Source: Candidatus Micrarchaeota archaeon (GTDB taxonomy: Archaea > Micrarchaeota > Micrarchaeia > Norongarragalinales > WALN01). Taken from it: a DNA stretch of 35,117 bases. Below the pieces are notes generated by a model. The model was not told the DNA's origin, ran no database searches, and saw only the letters and a program-made list of their open reading frames with translations. Location of the stretch: positions 1 through 35,117 of the forward strand of contig WALN01000064.1 of assembly GCA_015522865.1 (NCBI GenBank), read 5' to 3'. The position numbers and the translations under genes are program-made. Shown one piece after another: positions 8,512-18,415 of the stretch (its first letter is position 1; every line of letters starts with the position of its first letter).

Positions 8512-9099
8512 ATGCTGGCTAATATTGAAAAGCTAGTTAGCAAGCCAGGAAATATTCAAATTTTTTCTGATGAAAAGATTAGAAGCAAGAAACCAAGCAT
8601 AACTGAAGAGGACAAAGTCCCCCTCATAAATACTTTAAAAAAGCCTTTTATAGAAGTTTATAAGTATAGCCCAGAGCTATATGACAAAGTTTCAGGAAGG
8701 TTTTCGATGCATCACTATAATCTCGATAATGAAATGGGCGGAACAAAGCCCATCGAAGGATATCTTTTTTTCCATTTACATTTTAATGTTATGGGTCCTC
8801 CTGGAGAAGTAAGCACTTTCAAAGAAATTACAAAAAACTTTTTAAAGATGAAGGGCGTCTCTCTTGAGTTTGATATTAGACGCTTAGATAAAGAATTAGA
8901 GGAAGCTAAAAAAACACATAAAGAGTTAGCAGATGCAATTTCTACTATTAAAGATTCCATCTCAAAACGGTCAGGTTCAAAAATTGGCGTTTATAATTTT
9001 CGTATTCATATTCACTCGCACCCACTTGCAGACCACAAAAAATTAATACAATTAATAGCACAGTATGTTGAATTGGTGAAGAATCATTCAGTCCGTTGA
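8512..9099 (+). CDS. Hypothetical protein
   Basis: Start moved to the ATG at 8512, 4 nt after the activase stop; the track start at 8464 would overlap by 44 nt. I recognise no family. His-rich C-terminal part (HIHSHPLADH). Confidence 0.45.
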   Translation: MLANIEKLVSKPGNIQIFSDEKIRSKKPSITEEDKVPLINTLKKPFIEVYKYSPELYDKVSGRFSMHHYNLDNEMGGTKPIEGYLFFHLHFNVMGPPGEVSTFKEITKNFLKMKGVSLEFDIRRLDKELEEAKKTHKELADAISTIKDSISKRSGSKIGVYNFRIHIHSHPLADHKKLIQLIAQYVELVKNHSVR

Positions 9100-9100
9100 A

Positions 9101-11017
9101 CTATAAAATAATTGGTAATATCATCGCAGCTATTCCGCCCACAAAGATAGCAAATGCTATTTCAAATACAGATATTACTATTGCCTTTTTTACTCCAAGT
9201 TCTTTTATCAAAGCCGCTATTGTAGCCACACATGGAATATAAAGCATACTAACTATTGCGAATACCATCATTTGAACTGAGGATAGTACCAATGAAAAAT
9301 TAGTTGTGTTAAATATAGACGCAAGCATAACGAGGATAAGTTCCTTGCGGAGAATTCCGAATATGAGTAGCGTCCCTGTTATTGTTGGTAGATGCAACCA
9401 CCCCACAGTTATTGGGCCAATTAGCTCAGACATTACTCTTAACCATCCTAATATTTGCATTATTCTTATAAGGACTGTTACTGCGATAATTACAGGAAAT
9501 GCGATATATATAAACTCCTTAATTCTGAACCACGCCTGCTTTAAAGCTATTTTTATCTGCGGTATGTGATATCTCGGCATCTCCATTATTAGCCCTACTG
9601 GCTTTCCAGGAAGTATAAAATTCACTGTTTTCCCAATTAGAAATATAATTACTAAATCTAGAGCATAGAGCGCAAAGGCCCATTTTATGCCCACAAATTT
9701 TCCTACGAGCCCCAGTATTATAACTGTTCTTGCAGCGCACGGAACTAAAGTAGAGAGAAAAGCAGTAATTGTTTTTTCCCTTTCCGTTTCCATTATCCTG
9801 CTTGCGAGAACTGCCGGCACATTGCAACCATAGCCTAAAAACATTGGTATGAATGCTTTTCCATGGATACCTAACTTGTGCATAATATTGTCTGTAAGAA
9901 ATGCAATTCTTGCGAGATACCCCGAATCTTCGAGAAGTGCCAACAATATGTAGAAAGGTGCGATGTACGGAAGCACTATCACCAGCGCTGCTACTATTCC
10001 CTCATAAGCCGAAGAAATTATTTCTCTTAGCCAAACATTTTTGACCCAATGAGAAATTAGCATATTCGCGCCACTTAGAAATTCTTCCAGATATCCCGAA
10101 AACAAATCTCCCAATTTAAATATTGTATAAAGTATTATTCCTATAACAAGGGCCATGATAATGTAACCTAAAACAGGATGAGTAGTGAGTTCATCTAATT
10201 TTTCTTCCAGAGATATTGCAGTTTTACCTTTTTTCAGTACTTTCTTTATTATTTCCGCAACCAGTTTGTATCTTTCCATTGCGAATATTTGTCCTATTTT
10301 TTTGTGAAAAATTTTTTCCAGTTCTTTTCTGTATGCCGTAGCCTTCTGCAAAATTTTTCTGTCTTTTGTTTCTCTAACTATTTTCTTGTCATTTTCAATT
10401 AATCGTATAGCAGTCCACCTGGGAAAGTCGCTTAATTTTTTGCCTGAAAGTTGCTCTTTCAGTTTGGATATTTTGCACTCTATTCTATTTTCGAATTTTA
10501 TAGTTGCAGGTTTTTCCTTTTTTCTATATGCCTCTATTGTTTTTTCAATCAATTTGTATGTTCCTTTCCCTTCAGTAGCCACCATAGGGACAACAGGGGC
10601 GCCTAAAATTTTGGATATTTTTTTGTAATTTATTTTTATTCCGTTTTTCTTTGCAACATCAATTTGATTTAACCCTACAACTGTTGGAATTCCCAGCTCT
10701 AAAAGCTGTAATGTGAAGAATAAATTTCTTTCAAGATTTGCAGCATCTATTATATTTATGATTACATCTGGTTTTTCAGTGATTATAAATTCTCTTGAAA
10801 CTATTTCTTCCTCAGAAAATGTCGAAAACGAGTATATGCCCGGCAGGTCTATTATTTCTATTTCGTAATTTTTAAAAAACAATTTTCCTTCCGCTTTCTC
10901 TATAGTTTTTCCGGGCCAGTTACCTATGTGCTGATGAAAGCCCGTCAATTGATTAAACACAACTGACTTTCCGACATTGGCATTACCTGCCAGAACCACC
11001 TTCAATTTCTTTTTCAT
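9101..11017 (-). CDS. feoB: Ferrous iron transporter FeoB
   Basis: N-terminal G-domain (GNANVGKS, DLPG, NQID) followed by a large polytopic membrane domain. Confidence 0.9.
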   Translation of the reverse strand: MKKKLKVVLAGNANVGKSVVFNQLTGFHQHIGNWPGKTIEKAEGKLFFKNYEIEIIDLPGIYSFSTFSEEEIVSREFIITEKPDVIINIIDAANLERNLFFTLQLLELGIPTVVGLNQIDVAKKNGIKINYKKISKILGAPVVPMVATEGKGTYKLIEKTIEAYRKKEKPATIKFENRIECKISKLKEQLSGKKLSDFPRWTAIRLIENDKKIVRETKDRKILQKATAYRKELEKIFHKKIGQIFAMERYKLVAEIIKKVLKKGKTAISLEEKLDELTTHPVLGYIIMALVIGIILYTIFKLGDLFSGYLEEFLSGANMLISHWVKNVWLREIISSAYEGIVAALVIVLPYIAPFYILLALLEDSGYLARIAFLTDNIMHKLGIHGKAFIPMFLGYGCNVPAVLASRIMETEREKTITAFLSTLVPCAARTVIILGLVGKFVGIKWAFALYALDLVIIFLIGKTVNFILPGKPVGLIMEMPRYHIPQIKIALKQAWFRIKEFIYIAFPVIIAVTVLIRIMQILGWLRVMSELIGPITVGWLHLPTITGTLLIFGILRKELILVMLASIFNTTNFSLVLSSVQMMVFAIVSMLYIPCVATIAALIKELGVKKAIVISVFEIAFAIFVGGIAAMILPIIL

Positions 11018-11258
11018 TAATTTTCACCAAAATTTTTGCAGCAAGCCCCCTTCCAATCACAAGTCTCGATCCCCTAACGTACAATTCAACCGGCCCTCTG
11101 AAGCTACTATTTCTCAAAATTTTTATTTTTGTGTTTGAAGTTAGCCCCATTTCAGCAAGCCGCTGCGTAGAAGTAATGCCGCCCATTATTTCCACTATCT
11201 TTGCTTGCTCTCCTCTTTTCAACGATAATAATGGGACGGTTTTGTACAATTTTATCAC
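10983..11258 (-). CDS. feoA: FeoA-family small iron-transport protein
   Basis: SH3-like FeoA pattern (LSLKRGEQAKIVEI..RLAEMGL..G..I). Lies immediately upstream of, and overlaps, feoB. Confidence 0.75.
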   Translation of the reverse strand: MIKLYKTVPLLSLKRGEQAKIVEIMGGITSTQRLAEMGLTSNTKIKILRNSSFRGPVELYVRGSRLVIGRGLAAKILVKINEKEIEGGSGR

Positions 11259-11326
11259 ATAAATGAAATGAAGATATTTCTTAATTTTTCCAATTTTTTT
11301 AAACGTTTTGCTTATGGAAATTAAGC

Positions 11327-12349
11327 CTACCCAAAAAAGCTTCTTGCAAGTTCGTATAATTCTGCATTAACCGTTTTTGTTCCTTCTGTAGCTTTTTTTA
11401 AATCAACTGGCGTTATTTCTTCGCCTTTAACTGCAGCCATCTTCCCAAACCTACCTTCATCAACAAAATCTATTGCAGCAGCTCCCAGTCTAGTCCCCCA
11501 TATTCTGTCAGTTGATGTTGGCGCGCCGCTTCTTTGAATATGCCCTAAAACAACTGCCCTTGTTTCAATGCCTGTTTTCTTTTGTATTAATTTTGCGATT
11601 CTCTCGCCAGTTTTCAATTCAGATAAATTGATATGGCCGAAGGCGTCTTTCTCCACCTTTTCCAGAACATCCACTTTCACCCCTTCAGAAACCGCTATAA
11701 TTGCATAGCTTTTTCCCTGCTTTTTTCTCTCCACCAATCTCTCGCATAATCCGTCCAAATCAAGTGGGACTTCTGGAATTAGTACTGCATGCGCTCCTCC
11801 TGCCAAGCCAGCCATCAACGTAATCCAGCCCGCCTGCCTTCCCATTAGTTCAACAACAATAATTCTGTGATGGGATTTCGCTGTTGAATGCAGACGTTCA
11901 ATAGCATTTGTTGCTGTTTGTGTTGCAGTATCAAAGCCCAATGTGTAGTCTGTGAAATTTAAATCTCTGTCAATTGTTTTTGGAACCCCGACAATACGCG
12001 CTCCTTTTTCATACAACTTAGCAGCAACTCCCAACGTGTCCTCGCCGCCCATTGCGATTAATGCGTTAATTTCTAATTTTTCTAAATTTTTGATTATTTG
12101 CTCTGAGCCGCCTTCGATAGCAAATGGGTTTGTCCTTGAACTTCCCAAAATAGTTCCACCCTCTTTATAAATATCTTCAACATCTTTTCTTTTCAACTCA
12201 AATATTTGTGGGGGGCTAAGCAATCCTTTCCATCCATCTCTTATCCCGACAATTTCATAACCTTTTTCGATCCCTCTTATAACTACCGCTCTTATCGCTG
12301 CATTAAGGCCGGGCGCATCTCCCCCGCCTGTCAGAACACCTATTTTCAT
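11327..12349 (-). CDS. pfk: 6-phosphofructokinase, PfkA family, with residues suggesting PPi dependence
   Basis: MKIGVLTGGGDAPGLNAAIR N-terminus, MGGEDTLG and VGVPKTIDRD motifs. Confidence 0.9.
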   Translation of the reverse strand: MKIGVLTGGGDAPGLNAAIRAVVIRGIEKGYEIVGIRDGWKGLLSPPQIFELKRKDVEDIYKEGGTILGSSRTNPFAIEGGSEQIIKNLEKLEINALIAMGGEDTLGVAAKLYEKGARIVGVPKTIDRDLNFTDYTLGFDTATQTATNAIERLHSTAKSHHRIIVVELMGRQAGWITLMAGLAGGAHAVLIPEVPLDLDGLCERLVERKKQGKSYAIIAVSEGVKVDVLEKVEKDAFGHINLSELKTGERIAKLIQKKTGIETRAVVLGHIQRSGAPTSTDRIWGTRLGAAAIDFVDEGRFGKMAAVKGEEITPVDLKKATEGTKTVNAELYELARSFFG

Positions 12350-12417
12350 TTTCCTGCCTCGCTTAATTTACAAATTTACGCCGTAAGTTTAAAATTCTTA
12401 AATTAAAAATCTAAAAA

Positions 12418-13434
12418 TTATTCTCCTCTTATTACTTCAACATCTTCGATTCTTTCAGCATATTTTTTATACCATGGAGTTCCGTGTTCTCTTACTATTG
12501 ATGAAAGCTCATTTAATCTTTCTATTCCGGTTGTTTTTAGAAATTGTTCTAAGTTTTTGTTAATCACTCCTTCTTTCCATATCGCTCTCCCAGCAAGAAA
12601 TCCGGAAGCGCCATTTCTCGCTGCATACTTTACATTCTCTTTGAACTCTGGATAATCCACTCCAGCACTGAGCACAACCCACGGAGTCCTCGAAGCTGTA
12701 TCCAATCTTCTGCATGCTACGTCCGGGTCTTGTTTGAGTGATTTTGCATATTTTAAGTTGAGCGGGAATTCTGATTTTAAGACATCTATTCCGTATTCTT
12801 CTCTTGTCAGCTCTTCGGCGGTTTCGATGACAATATCCGGCTTGAGCTTAGCAAATTTTTCTGGTTCTTTTTTTGGATGCGGTTCCCCCTCAATTGGGTG
12901 TGCCACTGGTTCAAGCAAGAATGCGATATCAAATTTTTTGCATGCCTCTCCCACTTTCCTTATCATTTCTTCCTGATGCTCATGTGTTGGTCCATTTTTT
13001 CTATAATAAACAAGCATTTTCACTGCAGCTCCTCCCCTCTTTTTTATTTTTTCTACTGCTCCCTCCGCGTCCAGGCCATCGAATATACTTACCTTTGGAG
13101 CGTATTCTCCTTGTCCGCCATAGCCAGAGGATTCAATTCCCATAAGCATCCCTACATATGACTTAATCTCGCAGCTTTTTAGGAATTCTCTCTCGTACGA
13201 AAATTGAGGGTCAACTAATACTCCAGATGCGGTATTCTGCGTGCCTCTGCCCGCCAAATATTTTATTAAATCTCTTTTAACTTCCTTCATTTGTTCTGGG
13301 GTTACTGAACCTGGGTCTTTTGGATTAATCATTTTTTTGAGCGAGCCTCTCTGGTCTGTTGCCACCATCATGAATAGCCCTTCTATACTTGCAATATGTA
13401 TAATACCTTCAAATTTTCCATTTGTTATTTCCAT
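12418..13434 (-). CDS. Class I tagatose/fructose-1,6-bisphosphate aldolase, LacD family
   Basis: Collinear similarity to LacD: DQRGSLKKM, VLVDPQF, AVKMLVYY, FLLEPV, DVLKSEFP (Schiff-base Lys context), VVLSAGVDYPEF and GFLAGRAIW. Confidence 0.85.
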   Translation of the reverse strand: MEITNGKFEGIIHIASIEGLFMMVATDQRGSLKKMINPKDPGSVTPEQMKEVKRDLIKYLAGRGTQNTASGVLVDPQFSYEREFLKSCEIKSYVGMLMGIESSGYGGQGEYAPKVSIFDGLDAEGAVEKIKKRGGAAVKMLVYYRKNGPTHEHQEEMIRKVGEACKKFDIAFLLEPVAHPIEGEPHPKKEPEKFAKLKPDIVIETAEELTREEYGIDVLKSEFPLNLKYAKSLKQDPDVACRRLDTASRTPWVVLSAGVDYPEFKENVKYAARNGASGFLAGRAIWKEGVINKNLEQFLKTTGIERLNELSSIVREHGTPWYKKYAERIEDVEVIRGE

Positions 13435-13498
13435 ATAACCTCCTCTTATATTTGTAAATTAAAATAAATAATTTTGTATTTTTTTATATTTTTTTAGT

Positions 13499-13783
13499 CT
13501 ATGTCTTTGTCAATTCTTCAACTTCTTTCTTTCCTTTCTCTATTTCCTGTACTTGCTTTTCGTCCATTTTTTTCAACATCTCTAAGAATTCTCCAACATG
13601 TGTTTTTTCTTCATTTGCTATGTCTGTTAAAACTACTTTTATGTTCTCATTATTAGTTTCCTCAGCTAACTGCTCGTAGAAATTAATAGCATCTAACTCC
13701 GCAATCAGCCCCCACCTTAAAATTTCTTTATCTTTGAGTTTCTGGTTGAGATTTTTCAAGCTCATAGGAACGCTACCAAGCAT
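13499..13783 (-). CDS. Ferritin-like / encapsulated-ferritin (EncFtn)-like small protein
   Basis: 94 aa. ELDAINFYEQ...ANEEKTHVGEF matches the E..Y / EExxH di-iron ligand pattern of EncFtn/rubrerythrin-like helices. Confidence 0.65.
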   Translation of the reverse strand: MLGSVPMSLKNLNQKLKDKEILRWGLIAELDAINFYEQLAEETNNENIKVVLTDIANEEKTHVGEFLEMLKKMDEKQVQEIEKGKKEVEELTKT

Positions 13784-13834
13784 CTTATCGCCTTTTTAAT
13801 TAACCTTACTTCTTTTTTAAATATTATCCATTAA

Positions 13835-14869
<1,035 letters not shown>

Positions 14870-14904
14870 TTCTCCCCAACAAAATAAAGTTAAGGAGTGA
14901 ATGC

Positions 14905-16122
14905 ATGGAATTCTATACATGGAAAGATTTTCAACTCAAAGAAAAAAAAATTTTGCTAAGGTTAGACTTGAATTCCCCAGTTAAAAATGGAATTGTTGAA
15001 GATTCGCCGAGGATGAAAGCACATGCATCTACTGTTGAGTTGTTGTTAAAAGAAGGTGCAGGCGTGGTGGTTTTAGCGCATCAGAGCAGGAGGGGAAAAG
15101 CTGATTTTACAGACCTTTCTCAGCATGCACGACTTCTTGAAGAACACTTAGGAAGGGAAGTAAAATTCGTTGATGATGTGATTGGAGAGAAAGCAAAAAG
15201 CGCTATTAAGGAGTTGAAAAGTGGAGAGGTGTTGATGCTTGATAATGTTAGGAAACTTGACAGTGAAACTGCAAAGCTCTCACCAGAGGAGCACGCAAAA
15301 GGAGAGGTGGTTTTGGCACTCGCCCCTTTTTTCGACTATTACATCAATGATGCGTTTTCAGTCTGCCATCGTTCTCAAGCGAGCATAGTTGGCTTCCCCT
15401 TAGTTCTGAGGTCAGGGGCAGGGCCCGTTTTGGTGGGTGAGTATACCGCAGCACAAAAATTAATCGCTGAAATTAAGCGCCCTGTTGTTTATCTAATCGG
15501 CGGAAAAAAAATTGATGAGGTTTTTGAATTAATGAAGACGAATCTTGAGAACGGAAAAGTTGATAAAATATTAGTTGTGGGGGCAATTGCTCAGTTAGCT
15601 TTAGCTGCAAAAGGAGAGGAGTTGAGCGAATCAAACAGAAGCTTTGTTACCCAGAATTATGCCGGGTGGATCGATAAAATGAAAGAGTTGCTTACAAAAT
15701 TTTCTGACAAAATTGTTTTGCCTGTAGATTTTGCCGTTGAGGAAAATGCAGGCAGAGTGGAGTACGAGCTTGATAAATTGCCAGATGTTCTAATAGGCGA
15801 TATTGGCGAAAAAACTATAGCTCAATACAAAGAGATATTAGAAAATGCTAAAACTATTTTTGTCAAAGGGCCCGCAGGAATTTTTGAGAATTCATTGTTC
15901 ATGAAAGGAACAAAAGAATTGTTCAGTTTTGTCGCAGATTTGGATGCGTTTTCCCTCTTGGGCGGAGGGCATTCTTCAACTGCTCTCGAGCAGATTGGGA
16001 TTGAGGAAGGCAAATTCTCACACATCTCTCTTTCCGGCGGAGCACTTGTAGAGTTTTTAACTGGCAAGCCTCTACCTGGAATCGAGGCGCTGAAAAGATC
16101 AAAGCAGTTGTTCTCCTCCTGA
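14905..16122 (+). CDS. pgk: Phosphoglycerate kinase (archaeal type)
   Basis: 405 aa with LRLDLNSP, LAHQSRRG, ND.F...HR and GGGHS motifs. AAGGAGTG SD upstream. Confidence 0.9.
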   Translation: MEFYTWKDFQLKEKKILLRLDLNSPVKNGIVEDSPRMKAHASTVELLLKEGAGVVVLAHQSRRGKADFTDLSQHARLLEEHLGREVKFVDDVIGEKAKSAIKELKSGEVLMLDNVRKLDSETAKLSPEEHAKGEVVLALAPFFDYYINDAFSVCHRSQASIVGFPLVLRSGAGPVLVGEYTAAQKLIAEIKRPVVYLIGGKKIDEVFELMKTNLENGKVDKILVVGAIAQLALAAKGEELSESNRSFVTQNYAGWIDKMKELLTKFSDKIVLPVDFAVEENAGRVEYELDKLPDVLIGDIGEKTIAQYKEILENAKTIFVKGPAGIFENSLFMKGTKELFSFVADLDAFSLLGGGHSSTALEQIGIEEGKFSHISLSGGALVEFLTGKPLPGIEALKRSKQLFSS

Positions 16123-16287
16123 GATTCTACTGAAACCTATGGTTAAATCACAGAGAAATTGCTCCTATGATTTACGTGTTTTAAATACCGAGCTGATGGT
16201 TGTTGCAAATAGCAAAAGCTTATCCAGCGTTTATATTTATTAAATTTTCTGCACCAATTTATTTATCATTTATATTAACGCGATTAT

Positions 16288-17604
16288 ATGAAAATTATAA
16301 GACAGGCATATTACCTTCTTCTTGCTATAGTTTTTGTTCTGTTTGTTTATACCGTCTCCCTCCCAGTAGACAATGTTTTAAAGCTGTTGTTTGCTGTGGT
16401 TGAGCTGCTCAGCGCAAGCTACATACTCCAGCATTTGTTTAATTTTCAGCAGCAATACGGCATGCTTCTAATAAGAACAAAAAAAGGAGTACGTTTTGTA
16501 GATGTTGTTGCCAAAAAGTGGAAGAAATATTGGAAGTATGCGGTTGAGTTTGGTTTGGTTGCTGGCTTTGGGTTAATTTACGGCTATTTTGTGACCAAGA
16601 ATAAACGCAGATACGCAATATATTCTCTCATCACTCTTGTTTTCTTTGTGCTGATGGGATACTCTTTACTTCCTTCAGTACGGGCATTAAAGTTCTTAGT
16701 TATTGGCAGCGGTGCTGTTGGAGGTCTTTTTGGCTTTGGTTTATTTTTCATTCTATTTCAGGCCTTCAAAATTCTTACAATCCCAAATACGCCCGCTGGT
16801 ATCCAACCAGTTATACCGGGAACTGCGGGCTTCCCCTTTTTTGAGACCATAATTGCCATTATAATTATTGCAGTTACGCATGAACTTGCCCACGCAGTAA
16901 TTGCAAGAACCTGGAAAATAAAATTAAAATCGTTTGGTGCTCTTTTGTTCGGCTTCATCCCTGTTGGTGCATTTACAGAACCAGATGAAAAACAGCTTGA
17001 AAAATCAAATATCCAAGCAAGGAGAGAGGTGCTTGTTGCGGGAAGCACTGCAAACCTTATTTTCTTCCCGATTTTTATTTTACTGATGCTTCCGCTTGCT
17101 TTTCTCGCCTCGAGCATGGTTAATGGTGTGCAAATTCAAAATGTTGTTGCTAATAGCAGTGCTTCTAATGTATTGCATGAGGGAGAGCTAATTGTTTCAG
17201 TTAATGGAATTCAAATTAACAATACAAAAGATTTATCATATATTCTGAAAAATAAGAAAGAGGGCGATGAGCTGTTGGTAAAAACTGATGAAGGTATTAA
17301 AAAAATTATTTTAGGTAAGGGGGGGAAAATAGGCATATTTGTAAAAGAAGTTGTTTTACCTTCTAACAAATTCTTCTTTGCAATACTTTCATTTGTCGGC
17401 CGCATATTCTTCCTCTCAGCTCAACTTTCCTTTGCCTTAGCAGTTATTAATCTTCTCCCGCTCTTTATAACCGACGGCCATAGGATAATATTTGAAGAGC
17501 TGCGGGAAAAATTCGGCATTAAAAGAGCAGCAAAATATTCTGCGATAATCGGTATAATTACGCTCGCTATACTAGCATTGAATGCGCTCCCCTATTTCAC
17601 ATAG
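16288..17604 (+). CDS. Site-2 protease family (M50) intramembrane metalloprotease with PDZ domain
   Basis: HELAHAV (HExxH) in a TM region, a central PDZ-like segment, and a NLLPLFITDG motif near the C-terminus. Confidence 0.85.
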   Translation: MKIIRQAYYLLLAIVFVLFVYTVSLPVDNVLKLLFAVVELLSASYILQHLFNFQQQYGMLLIRTKKGVRFVDVVAKKWKKYWKYAVEFGLVAGFGLIYGYFVTKNKRRYAIYSLITLVFFVLMGYSLLPSVRALKFLVIGSGAVGGLFGFGLFFILFQAFKILTIPNTPAGIQPVIPGTAGFPFFETIIAIIIIAVTHELAHAVIARTWKIKLKSFGALLFGFIPVGAFTEPDEKQLEKSNIQARREVLVAGSTANLIFFPIFILLMLPLAFLASSMVNGVQIQNVVANSSASNVLHEGELIVSVNGIQINNTKDLSYILKNKKEGDELLVKTDEGIKKIILGKGGKIGIFVKEVVLPSNKFFFAILSFVGRIFFLSAQLSFALAVINLLPLFITDGHRIIFEELREKFGIKRAAKYSAIIGIITLAILALNALPYFT

Positions 17605-17673
17605 CTTGAGCTTAACGCCCCCCAAATATAAGAAAAGTTTTTAACTTCTTTCTCCCTATTCTCTTTAGGTTGT

Positions 17674-17961
17674 ATGAAAATAGAGATTTCTGGCCTTCCG
17701 AAAGGCGAAAAACTGTTTAAAGAGTCTATTCAGTATATCTGCGAAAAATCACTTTCAAAATTCGAATCTAGCATTAAATATTTCAAGCTGTATGTAAAAT
17801 CAATTCATGAGGGGCATGGCAAGAAAAAGTTTGAGTTAAACGCTCAGGTCGACCTTCTCAGGGGCCATTTCTCGGTTAGTATTGTTGACTGGGATATTTA
17901 TTTCGCTATAAAGAAACTGCTTAAAGAAGTGGAAGGCAAGCTAATTAAACTTAAAAAATAA
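17674..17961 (+). CDS. HPF/RaiA (ribosomal S30AE / sigma-54 modulation)-like protein
   Basis: 95 aa. MKIEISG.. start and DWDIYFAIKKLLKEVEGKLIKLKK end follow the HPF family pattern (..dlY.AID...dkLe.ql.k.k). Assigned by pattern only. Confidence 0.4.
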   Translation: MKIEISGLPKGEKLFKESIQYICEKSLSKFESSIKYFKLYVKSIHEGHGKKKFELNAQVDLLRGHFSVSIVDWDIYFAIKKLLKEVEGKLIKLKK

Positions 17962-18013
17962 ACTATCGAGTTAAAAAAGATGCAGTCTATTATTTAGTAA
18001 GGGGGTGTAAAAT

Positions 18014-18319
18014 TTGAATAAAAAAATTATGAGTTTAGTGATGGTCGTGATTGGACTTTGTGCTACCGCTCTCTTTGTTTATCAGTTGAATCAGTACATT
18101 TCCACAAGTGCAACGTTTGGGCCGACAATGTCCAAACTAAATTCCTTAGCAGACAATCCATCTTCGCTTGCGGCACTCGGGATGAGTGCATCTGACATTG
18201 AGGCAACCAAAAATATTATTTATGGAACTACCAGCGGTATCATGAACGCTGCTGTATTAGACGTTGTAATCGCAGTAGTTTTTCTCGCAGCTGGACTTTT
18301 GACTTATCCAAACAAGTGA
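18014..18319 (+). CDS. Small two-TM membrane protein (hypothetical)
   Basis: TTG start 6 nt after a GGGGGTG SD. Hydrophobic segments at both ends. Confidence 0.45.
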   Translation: MNKKIMSLVMVVIGLCATALFVYQLNQYISTSATFGPTMSKLNSLADNPSSLAALGMSASDIEATKNIIYGTTSGIMNAAVLDVVIAVVFLAAGLLTYPNK

Positions 18320-18415
18320 TTTCATGAAAAAGGAAATTCTTTAATCTTTTAATTTATTATAGCTGTGGTGATGAACTCTGTGGATATGCAGCCGTTTGGA
18401 AAGAGAAGTCTTAAT

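Noticed and set aside
18366-18415. GTGATGA (C-box-like) string in the intergenic region downstream of smc
   Set aside because: No D box (CTGA) at a suitable distance and no terminal pairing. A single heptamer match is expected by chance.
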